From the NCBI GenBank assembly GCA_025922945.1, contig JAICGW010000001.1, forward strand, positions 1 through 60,999: a stretch of 60,999 nucleotides of DNA, written 5' to 3'. The notes beneath the pieces were generated by a model. That model saw only the letters and a list, made by a program, of their open reading frames with translations. It did not search any database and had not been told where the DNA came from. The translations under genes were made by a program, and so were the position numbers. Shown in pieces: positions 26,495 through 34,401 of this stretch. Every line of letters begins with the position of its first letter. The first letter of the stretch is position 1. Source of the stretch: Acidimicrobiia bacterium. Its GTDB lineage: Bacteria > Actinomycetota > Acidimicrobiia > Spongiisociales > ZC4RG35.

Positions 26495-27492
26495 CAGTCG
26501 AAAAGGCGGGGGCGGAAAAGTCGATCGTGGGTGGTGATGGCGTAGCGATCGGTCATCCCGGCAACGAAGTCGATGGCGGCGGTAACCGGGTCGGCCTCGG
26601 GAACAGTGGTTGATTCCGGTACCTCGTCGGGATGGTGGGAGAAGTAATCGACCAGGTTGCGGATGACAACGATCGCGCGCTCCTTTTGGAACTCAGCCTC
26701 TGGCCGCAGATAAACCTTCTCGAACATGAAGCCGCGCAGCTTGTGCATCGTCCCCAGGGTCTCCGGGTTCATCTGGACCTCACCCACCTCGATGGTGTGA
26801 TCCACCACTGCCCGGATCATGTGGTTGATCCATTCCCGGCTGGTGTCGCCGAAGTGAGCCACCACCGGTGACGGTAAGTCGGCGAGACCGATCAGTCCGG
26901 CCCTGATCGCGTCGGCAAAGTCGTGGGTGAGATAGGCGATGCGGTCGGCGAAACGACAGAGCATCCCCTCGGGAGTCGAAGGGGGCGGAGTGATCTTCCA
27001 GGAATGGGACCGGATCCCGTCGATCACCTCCCAAGACAGGTTCTGCGGTTCGAGCGCCGACAGGACCCGGACCGAGTGGGCGGAGTGCAACCACTCACCC
27101 TCGACATAGGGAGCAAGTGCCTCCTCGCCGGTGTGGCCGAAGGGAGAATGGCCGACGTCGTGACCGAGACAGATCGCCTCGGTCAAAGCCTCGTTGAGCC
27201 CGAGGCTGGCGGCCATCGACCTTCCTATTTGGGTGACCTGCAACGTGTGGGTCAGACGGGTGACGAAGTGATCGCCTTCGGGATTGATAAAGACCTGGGT
27301 CTTGTGTTTGAGCCGGCGGAAGGCCTTGGTGTGGATGATGCGGTCGCGATCGCGCTCGAAGGCCGTGCGGTATTCGTCGGGCTCTTCTTCCTCGACCCGC
27401 CCCCTGCTTTCGGTGGAACGAGTGGCGGCCGGAGCCAATGACTTCTCCGCTTCTTCGCGTATCTCGCGGGTGCGTCGTAGGAACTCAGACAT
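26494..27492 (-). CDS. dGTP triphosphohydrolase-like HD-domain protein
   Basis: RDRIIHTKAFRRLKHKTQVF, RLTHTLQV and GHDVGHSPFGH motifs. Confidence 0.85.
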   Translation of the reverse strand: MSEFLRRTREIREEAEKSLAPAATRSTESRGRVEEEEPDEYRTAFERDRDRIIHTKAFRRLKHKTQVFINPEGDHFVTRLTHTLQVTQIGRSMAASLGLNEALTEAICLGHDVGHSPFGHTGEEALAPYVEGEWLHSAHSVRVLSALEPQNLSWEVIDGIRSHSWKITPPPSTPEGMLCRFADRIAYLTHDFADAIRAGLIGLADLPSPVVAHFGDTSREWINHMIRAVVDHTIEVGEVQMNPETLGTMHKLRGFMFEKVYLRPEAEFQKERAIVVIRNLVDYFSHHPDEVPESTTVPEADPVTAAIDFVAGMTDRYAITTHDRLFRPRLFD

Positions 27493-29305
27493 AGCGCGCC
27501 CGGATCCGCGAGCTCAGCCAGTCCATGGCCGCCACGACGATGGCGATGGCAAGGATCTGCGCCGCCGCCGCCCGGTAGTTGAGAAGGTTGATGTTCTGCT
27601 GCAGCAGGAAGCCGATCCCACCGCCGCCGACAAATCCGATGATGGTGGACATGCGGACGTTGATGTCCCAGCGATACATGGTGAACGAGATGTACGGCGG
27701 GATGATCTGGGGAACAACCGCGTAAACCACGTTCTGCAGCCGGTTGGCACCGGTTGCCCTCACCGCTTCCAACGGCCCGGCGCTGATCGACTCCACCTGC
27801 TCGGAGTAGAGCTTGGCCAGAGCGGCGATCGTGTGGAGGGCGAGGGCCAGGGCGCCGGCGAAGGGACCGATGCCGACCCAGACAACGAAGACGATCGCCA
27901 TGATCAGCGGTTCGATGGCTCGTAAGACGTTGAAGACGGTGCGGGTGATGTAGTAGATCCCCAGCCCGAGACGGACGGTTGGTCGCCCGCGGACCCGGAA
28001 GGCGACCCAAAGCCCGGCGAGGGCCCCGACGATCAAAGGGATCCAGAGGGTTCGGTTGAGGTCGCTCCATTCGTAGAACCAAGCGATCGCCCGGGCAATC
28101 AGGACTGCCCATAGCGCTCCCGCCACCATGGCCAAGGGGATGGCGAGAGCATCGAGGGCGGCATTGGAGAGGCGCTTGCGCAACCCATGGCCGAAGCGGT
28201 TGAAGACCATGACCAACACCCCGCCGCCGAAGATGGCGGAACCCACCACCAACCCGAAGGAGACCAACTCGCCGGCGGTGCCGAGAAAGGCGCCTAGGAA
28301 TCGGAAAACACCCAAGCGCGGCTCGAGCCAGGCTCCCAATTGCTGGAGGAGGCTCGCCGCCAGGTAAAGGCCGAGCATCATCAGCAGGAACACGAGGACC
28401 AGGAGCACTGCCCGCTGGGTTCGCTGGGCGGGGGAGGGCCTCTCGGTTTCCTCGGCCGGAATCGCTCGGCGCAGGATGAATGCTCCGGTTAGCAGGGTGA
28501 CCAGGAGACCAGTGAGCCCGATCCAGGGTTCGTCGCCGATCGCTCGGGAGACCCGTCCGGCCAGGTTGGCGGCGAGGATGCCACCGGCTACCCCCAGTGG
28601 AAGGGCGATGAGGCTGAGAGCGACATTCGTCACCGTGCTCTGGATGTCCTCCATCAGGTTTCGGGCCGCCAGGAAGGAGAGCGGCACCGCCAGCAGGGTG
28701 GCGAAGGTGGTGGCGATCAAGGCGAGGAAGACGGTCTCGATGATCTTGTCGAGGGTGTCGCGGGCGGTCTGGGTCCAGCGCGGACTGCCGACCGGTTGAG
28801 TGCTCACCACCCGGATGGTTTGAGCGGACTCCGACGGTCGGTTGGGAAGCCGGACCTCGGTGCTGAATTCGCCGGCTCCATCGGTTCGAACCTCGGCAAG
28901 GCGCAACTCCACCAGGGACTCAGGAACCAGAAAGACTCTGACCTCGGTGGTAGGTGCGAACCCGGTTCCGCTGACCTGGACAACCGACCGGGGCTCCGCA
29001 CATGCCGGGTCGACCGTGAGCCGAGCGTCGCCCGAACTGGGCACAAGGTCCGTATTACAGGGAATGACAATCGGTGTTTCGATGCTGGTTTCCTCAAGAT
29101 CCTGCTCCAAGATCTCGGGTCGAGCGAGTGCACGGAGGATGCGGACCAAACCAACCCTTCGGGTTTCATCCCGGATCTGATCGAGGTTGACCTCGGTGAC
29201 CCAGAAGCCATAGGCGAAGATGACGAGACCGAGGATGACGGCGGGCCAAACCCACGGCGGCCGTTTGTTGCCGGGATCAGCCAACCCGCTCCGCCTCCTG
29301 CCCAT
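27485..29305 (-). CDS. phnE: phosphonate ABC transporter permease, unusually long
   Basis: C-terminal 260 aa is classic PhnE (EAVRATGA, MSTIIGFVGGGGIG). It is preceded by extra TM segments and a roughly 180-aa non-membrane insert. Start uncertain (ATG 29305, TTG 29284 or ATG 29380). Confidence 0.75.
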   Translation of the reverse strand: MGRRRSGLADPGNKRPPWVWPAVILGLVIFAYGFWVTEVNLDQIRDETRRVGLVRILRALARPEILEQDLEETSIETPIVIPCNTDLVPSSGDARLTVDPACAEPRSVVQVSGTGFAPTTEVRVFLVPESLVELRLAEVRTDGAGEFSTEVRLPNRPSESAQTIRVVSTQPVGSPRWTQTARDTLDKIIETVFLALIATTFATLLAVPLSFLAARNLMEDIQSTVTNVALSLIALPLGVAGGILAANLAGRVSRAIGDEPWIGLTGLLVTLLTGAFILRRAIPAEETERPSPAQRTQRAVLLVLVFLLMMLGLYLAASLLQQLGAWLEPRLGVFRFLGAFLGTAGELVSFGLVVGSAIFGGGVLVMVFNRFGHGLRKRLSNAALDALAIPLAMVAGALWAVLIARAIAWFYEWSDLNRTLWIPLIVGALAGLWVAFRVRGRPTVRLGLGIYYITRTVFNVLRAIEPLIMAIVFVVWVGIGPFAGALALALHTIAALAKLYSEQVESISAGPLEAVRATGANRLQNVVYAVVPQIIPPYISFTMYRWDINVRMSTIIGFVGGGGIGFLLQQNINLLNYRAAAAQILAIAIVVAAMDWLSSRIRARYV

Positions 29306-30029
29306 AAATCGCCTTGAATCGATCGTCGTCGATCGCTTTGGGCTCGCCGTCGAAAACCAGCTCGCCCCGATTGAGGGCAATAGCGCGGTCGGCGTAGCGG
29401 TGAACCAGGTCGAGGAAGTGAAGGCTGCAAAGGACCGTCACACCGTCATCGGTATTGATGCGCTCCAGGTATTGCATGATCGAGTGGGCCAGGACTGGGT
29501 CAAGGCTGGCCACCGGTTCGTCGGCCAGGATCATCTCCGGGTCCTGCATCATCGCCCTGGCAATGCCGACCCTCTGTTGTTGTCCCCCGGATAGCTCATC
29601 GGCCCGCGCTTTGGCTTTCTCGGCCAGGCCCACCCTTTCGAGTTGGGCTATGGCCTTCTGCACGTCCTCTTTTGGAAAACGGTTGAGAATGGAGAGGGCC
29701 GGGTTGACATAACCCAGGCGGCCGGCCAGAACATTGGTGATGACGGTCGAGCGATGGACCAGGTTGAAGTGCTGGAAAACCATCCCGATTCGCCGACGGA
29801 CCTGACGCAGGTCCTCCTGGGGGGCGGCAGTCACGTCCTCCTCGTTCCAGAAGATCTTGCCCGACGTGGGCTCCACCAACCGATTGATGCAACGCAGCAG
29901 GGTCGACTTGCCCGAGCCCGAGAGACCGATGACGGCCAGGAACTGGCCGTCGGGGACTTCGAAAGAGACTTCTTTGAGTGCGACGGTCCCGTCGTCGTAG
30001 ATCTTGGTGAGGTTCTCAACCCGAAGCAT
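29277..30029 (-). CDS. phnC: phosphonate ABC transporter ATP-binding protein
   Basis: GLSGSGKSTLL Walker A and LSGGQQQRVGIARA signature. Opens MLRVENLTKIY. Confidence 0.9.
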   Translation of the reverse strand: MLRVENLTKIYDDGTVALKEVSFEVPDGQFLAVIGLSGSGKSTLLRCINRLVEPTSGKIFWNEEDVTAAPQEDLRQVRRRIGMVFQHFNLVHRSTVITNVLAGRLGYVNPALSILNRFPKEDVQKAIAQLERVGLAEKAKARADELSGGQQQRVGIARAMMQDPEMILADEPVASLDPVLAHSIMQYLERINTDDGVTVLCSLHFLDLVHRYADRAIALNRGELVFDGEPKAIDDDRFKAIYGQEAERVG

Positions 30030-30101
30030 GGGGGAGAGATTTACACGAACCCAGGGTTGGTGGAGGGGTTGTGCCGCCCCACCAACCCTGGGTTCGGGGA
30101 T

Positions 30102-31196
30102 TTAGAGGCTGTCGAGGTCGATACCGACCAAGTCAACGATCGTCCGGAGGCCGTCGTACTCAGCGTCTTCGGCCGGGCTGATACCGGTCCAGCCGTAGAA
30201 GTCCTGATTACCGATCGACTCCTCCCACTCTGGGGTCTCGGAGAAGGCCACCAGGGCGTCCTCGATCTGAGTCCGCAAGTCGGAGGGGAACTCCGGTCCG
30301 AACGAGAGGGTGTCGTTGGGTATGCCCTGTGTAATCGACAGGATCCTCACCTGCTGCACGATGTCGGGAGCCTCGTCGCGAGCGCTGGCTCGGGCATCGA
30401 GGACTCGGTATTCGCCACACCAGAGCTCGTCATCGGCGGTGACGGCGCAGTCGGGCACCAGCTCGTCGGGGATGTCCGGCGGATCGCCCTCCCCCCACTC
30501 GCCCTCCGGCAAGAGCGGCGGCGAATAGAAGGTGGTGGCGAAGTCAGCATCGCCGCGATAAACGGCGAGAGCTGCCTGTGGGTGTCCTCCGGCTTCGACG
30601 GTTGCTCCCGGCTCGACCCCCGCCTCTTGCAGCTCGAGCAACGGGACCATGTAGCCCGAAGTCGAGCCCGGATCCGGATAGGCCCAGCTGCGCCCGGCGA
30701 GATCGTCGATCGAAGCGATCTCCGAATCACGGGGAACGAGGAACTGCGCCCAGTAGACGTCATAGCCGAACCGAACCGCTTTGAAGCCGACGTCGACACC
30801 GCAGAGATTGGCCGCCAGCACGTAGCCGAGCCCGGGGATGAACCCCATGGTCCGATCGGGTGCTGCACACATCTCCTCGATGGTGGCGGCATAGGAGGTC
30901 GGTACCGATACCTCGAAGGTGAGGCCGGTGGCTTCCTCCAACGCGTTCTTCATCACCTCGCCGCCGCTGACGATCACTTCGGCCTCGACGGAGGGCACGA
31001 AGAGAACCTGGATGGGATTCTCGGGGGTGCCGAGGCCGCTGGCGGCCGCAGTCGTAGACGCGGCGGCAGTGGTAGTGACCTCGGCCATCGTCGTGGGGGT
31101 GGTGTCCTCTACCTCGGCTGTTGTGGCACTCGTGCCACCGCCACAGGCGCCCAGCACCAGGGCGAGCAAGGTCAGGATCACCAGTTTCTTTTGCAC
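30102..31196 (-). CDS. phnD: phosphonate/phosphite ABC substrate-binding lipoprotein
   Basis: Lipobox LVLGAC, Thr/Ala-rich linker, PhnD-like body (YAATIEEM, GSTSGY). Confidence 0.8.
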   Translation of the reverse strand: MQKKLVILTLLALVLGACGGGTSATTAEVEDTTPTTMAEVTTTAAASTTAAASGLGTPENPIQVLFVPSVEAEVIVSGGEVMKNALEEATGLTFEVSVPTSYAATIEEMCAAPDRTMGFIPGLGYVLAANLCGVDVGFKAVRFGYDVYWAQFLVPRDSEIASIDDLAGRSWAYPDPGSTSGYMVPLLELQEAGVEPGATVEAGGHPQAALAVYRGDADFATTFYSPPLLPEGEWGEGDPPDIPDELVPDCAVTADDELWCGEYRVLDARASARDEAPDIVQQVRILSITQGIPNDTLSFGPEFPSDLRTQIEDALVAFSETPEWEESIGNQDFYGWTGISPAEDAEYDGLRTIVDLVGIDLDSL

Positions 31197-31252
31197 TTAT
31201 GTGACTCCTTGTGAAGGATCGGGCGGATCGTCCGCCCGGGCCAACATAATCG

Positions 31253-31816
31253 TTAGCGCCGGTCTGACGGGCGGGATCGATCGACCAGATTGAGGAAGTC
31301 GGGCCACGATTCGACATCGAGGGCTCCGTCAACTGGCTCATTCCACGGCCGCACGAAACGGCAGACGGTGCGCTCGGGCCGGCGGGCTACCAGCCCCTTC
31401 AGAACGTGGGGGCCGTCGTCGAGGTAGATGTCGCAGTCGACGGTCCATTTCTGCTCGAGAATGTGAACTTCCCGGGTGGGAATCTGGTGTTGGGCAATCC
31501 AGGCGAAGGTGTCGTGAATCGCCCACGGGGGCTTGGTGGTGATGATCACCACCTGGTGACGGGCCTTGATCAGCGTCCAGAGCGACTCCACCGCATCGGG
31601 ATATGGCTCGAGGTGGCGGAAGAGCGAGTGCCCGTCGTGATCGCGAGCCCATTTCCAGAAGGCTCGCATGTCCTCGAAGTGGGTCAGGGACGGGATCGCA
31701 TCCCAGCCCTTGACCGCATCGGAGGGGAGTTCGGCCCCGTACTCGGTGTTGTAACGACTGATCCAGCCGGCGTTGAAATCGGCCACCACCCCGTCGAGGT
31801 CGATCCCAAGTCGCAC
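31253..31816 (-). CDS. 5'(3')-deoxyribonucleotidase-like HAD phosphatase (NT5C type)
   Basis: GIDLDGVVADF motif I; 187 aa; GTG start. Confidence 0.7.
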   Translation of the reverse strand: MRLGIDLDGVVADFNAGWISRYNTEYGAELPSDAVKGWDAIPSLTHFEDMRAFWKWARDHDGHSLFRHLEPYPDAVESLWTLIKARHQVVIITTKPPWAIHDTFAWIAQHQIPTREVHILEQKWTVDCDIYLDDGPHVLKGLVARRPERTVCRFVRPWNEPVDGALDVESWPDFLNLVDRSRPSDRR

Positions 31817-31830
31817 CCTCGGAGACTAAG

Positions 31831-31891
31831 AGATGTCAGATGTGACATATCAGATGTCTGAAATCTGAAGTCTGGAATCTGATGTCTATTG
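31831..31891. repeat. tandem heptad array, TCAGATG / TCTGAAR x8
   Basis: tcagatg tgacata tcagatg tctgaaa tctgaag tctggaa tctgatg tctattg. AT-rich. Overlaps the TAG stop of the ABC-2 gene and lies just upstream of the NT5C-like start. Confidence 0.6.
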
Positions 31892-33487
31892 GACCTGGAC
31901 CCAGGCGACGACCTCGGGCACCCGGCGTCGTAAGAGGACCCCGGCCACCCAGAGGGCAAGGAAGTAGATCCCGACTCCATAGACGAGGCAGAAGGCGGTG
32001 ACCAGGACCGGATCGAGCACCTGACCGAAGGCGACGGCGAGGACCACTGCCACCGAAGGGGGTACGAGCAGGAGCCCGATCATCAAGAACGATCCCATCT
32101 GCGCCACCAATGCCAGGAGTCCCTGCTCGGTCGCTTGCGCAAAGACGTCGGTGCCTTCCCGGGGCAGGCGGAGCGGGGCGATCACCGAGACGATGTTTCC
32201 CACCGCCAGCTGGCAGCCGATGGCCGAGGCCGCCAGGGCCGGGACCATCAATAGAGCGTCCCAAGCGCCGCTGAACGTGGCCAGCAAAACCGACATGAAG
32301 ATTGTCTCCACCACCAGACCAAGCCCGATGGCCAGGTTCTTGCCATGCAAGAGATGCCGGGGCTTGATGGGGAGGACGAAGAGGTAGCTGGAGGCATTGC
32401 GCTCCCAACCGAACTGATTGAGCGCGATCGGCAATCCGACAAAAAGCACCATGGCTGGAGCGAGAAGCGGCAGCCAGCTCGAACGGCGGAAGATCGCCAT
32501 CGAGTCGGTCCCGACGACCAGCACGGCCACCGCGAGCCCAACGAAGATGACCGTCCCGGTCCAAACCAAGCGCTGGCGGGGGTCGCGCACGAAGAATCGC
32601 AATTCCTTTCGCGCCAGCACTCGACGCTTTCCCCAGGGACCCCGCTCGGCGAGCCCCCGGCGATGACGAGCCCGATCGGGCCGAGGACTGTGGTCGGGGG
32701 TGACCAGCATCCAGCCCAGCAGACGATCCCAGGCATACGCCATCAGCGCGAGCCAGGAGAGGGCGACGATGAGCATCAGGACCGCCCCGCCCCAGTCGCC
32801 GGCGGCGGCCTCGGTGGCGATCGATTGCGCCGCCACCGGGGGGATCAAGGCCGCGATCCCGGAGATGCGGTTGGCCGCCAGGGCCCCCTCCATCCCGGCC
32901 GTGGCGATCTGGGAGGCGACGGTTTGATAGGCGGCGAAAGTGAAGAGACCGATTCCGATCACGACCATGACAGCGACATCGCGCCCACGACGAGATCGGA
33001 GGATGGAGGAGACCAGGCTGGTGAACAGGTGGGCGCCAACCGCCATCTGCGCCAACAGCACTACGCCGGCCACGACCGCAGCGAGGCGGGCCCAGCCCGA
33101 GAAAACCCCCACATTGACGGTTGCCACCGTGGCTGGGACCAGGATGCTGGGCGAGATCAGGGAGGCGAAGACCAACCCGGCCAGGAGCTTGGGCCGGGTG
33201 ATGGGGAACACGGCGAGGCGGGCGGGGTCGAGAGTCTCGTCCAACGGGAAAATCACGACCGGCAGCGTCACCCAGCCAATAAAGAAGGCCAGGGCCCCCC
33301 ACAAAGCCAACTCGGATGCCAACGACGGCTCGAGGCGACCGAATTCAGTCGAATACGAGGTGGCGACTTTCCAAGCCAGCCAACCCATCAATCCGAGGAT
33401 CAGGGGAAAGCCGATCCGCCTCTGCCGGTCTCGGCGGAGTCCGTTCCAGGTGAGCCGGGCCTTTAGCCAGCCGAACTGCGCAACCAC
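31886..33487 (-). CDS. polytopic ABC-2-type exporter membrane protein
   Basis: 533 aa, about 12 hydrophobic segments. Overlaps the stop of the upstream ABC ATPase gene. Confidence 0.6.
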   Translation of the reverse strand: MVAQFGWLKARLTWNGLRRDRQRRIGFPLILGLMGWLAWKVATSYSTEFGRLEPSLASELALWGALAFFIGWVTLPVVIFPLDETLDPARLAVFPITRPKLLAGLVFASLISPSILVPATVATVNVGVFSGWARLAAVVAGVVLLAQMAVGAHLFTSLVSSILRSRRGRDVAVMVVIGIGLFTFAAYQTVASQIATAGMEGALAANRISGIAALIPPVAAQSIATEAAAGDWGGAVLMLIVALSWLALMAYAWDRLLGWMLVTPDHSPRPDRARHRRGLAERGPWGKRRVLARKELRFFVRDPRQRLVWTGTVIFVGLAVAVLVVGTDSMAIFRRSSWLPLLAPAMVLFVGLPIALNQFGWERNASSYLFVLPIKPRHLLHGKNLAIGLGLVVETIFMSVLLATFSGAWDALLMVPALAASAIGCQLAVGNIVSVIAPLRLPREGTDVFAQATEQGLLALVAQMGSFLMIGLLLVPPSVAVVLAVAFGQVLDPVLVTAFCLVYGVGIYFLALWVAGVLLRRRVPEVVAWVQVQ

Positions 33488-34281
33488 TCGAGACCCTCGG
33501 TAGAAGTCCCACCGCCCACGGCGAGGATGAAGGCGTCCTCGACCGAGGCGACGCCCATCCGCTCACAGAGCCCCGCCGGGGTGTCTTCTATCAAGAGCCT
33601 CCCCTTCTGCATGATGCCGATGCGGGTGCAGAGTCGCTCGACGAGATACATCTCATGGGAAGAGAAGACGATGGTCGCCCCCTGGCGGGTGTAGCGCCTG
33701 AGGAGGTCCTGGATGAGGCGGGCTGAGACCGGATCAACGCCCTCGAAGGGCTCGTCGAGGAAAAGTACGGGTGGACGATGGATGATGGCGGCTGCCAGGG
33801 CAACTTTCTTTCGCATTCCCCGGGAGTAGTCGCCGACCAGCTTGCCTGCTGCCTCCGAGAGATCGAGCAGGCCGAGCAATTCCTGACGGCGGCTCACGGT
33901 TTCCTCGCGGCTGAGACCGTGCATGGCAGCCGTGAAGTCGAGCAACTCGGCTCCGGTCAATCGCTCGTAAAGATTGAACTCCTCGGGCAGCACCCCGATT
34001 CGCTTCTTCACCTCGAGGGGCTGGCGCCAGGTGTCGTACTCACCGATTCCGGCGGTGCCCGCATTCGGTCGCAACAACCCCACGATCATCTTGATGGTGG
34101 TGGTCTTGCCGGCGCCGTTCTGGCCGAGCAAGCCATAGAATTCGCCCGGCTGGATGGCGAGATCGACCTGGTCGACTGCGGTTTCCTTCCCGAAGCGTCG
34201 CACCAGGCCCTGGGACCAGACCGCGGGGGCCGCCCTGCTGGCGGCCTCGGTGGGGACGGCATTGGATAAAGAGGCAGTCAT
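33463..34281 (-). CDS. ABC transporter ATP-binding protein
   Basis: GQNGAGKTTT Walker A, YSRGMRKKVALA signature, LFLDEPFEG Walker B. Start placed at MTASLSN. Confidence 0.85.
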   Translation of the reverse strand: MTASLSNAVPTEAASRAAPAVWSQGLVRRFGKETAVDQVDLAIQPGEFYGLLGQNGAGKTTTIKMIVGLLRPNAGTAGIGEYDTWRQPLEVKKRIGVLPEEFNLYERLTGAELLDFTAAMHGLSREETVSRRQELLGLLDLSEAAGKLVGDYSRGMRKKVALAAAIIHRPPVLFLDEPFEGVDPVSARLIQDLLRRYTRQGATIVFSSHEMYLVERLCTRIGIMQKGRLLIEDTPAGLCERMGVASVEDAFILAVGGGTSTEGLEWLRSSAG

Positions 34282-34401
34282 CAGGGACACCCAGGTGTAT
34301 CGGCGCTTGCTTTCCGAAACGTTAGATCTCGAAGGGATCAAAGGATTCGGGCACTTTCTAGCCAGTGCCGTTCGTCCCTTTGATGCCGTACGCTTCCCGG
34401 G

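Noticed and set aside
29643-31214. 523-aa + strand ORF
   Set aside because: It is antisense to phnC and phnD, both of which have clear motifs, and has no motifs of its own. Shadow ORF.
31836-33466. 488-aa minus-strand and 373-aa + strand ORFs overlapping the ABC-2 membrane gene
   Set aside because: These are alternative-frame and antisense ORFs with Arg/Gly/Pro-rich composition. The 533-aa frame gives a coherent polytopic membrane protein coupled to an ABC ATPase.
34282-34401. SRP (4.5S/ffs) RNA, which often sits just upstream of dnaX
   Set aside because: I looked for the conserved GGAAGCAGCC / AGGUCCGG domain IV motifs on both strands and found only a weak cggaaagcaagcgcc. There is not enough to call an RNA gene. 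A cmsearch scan would settle it.
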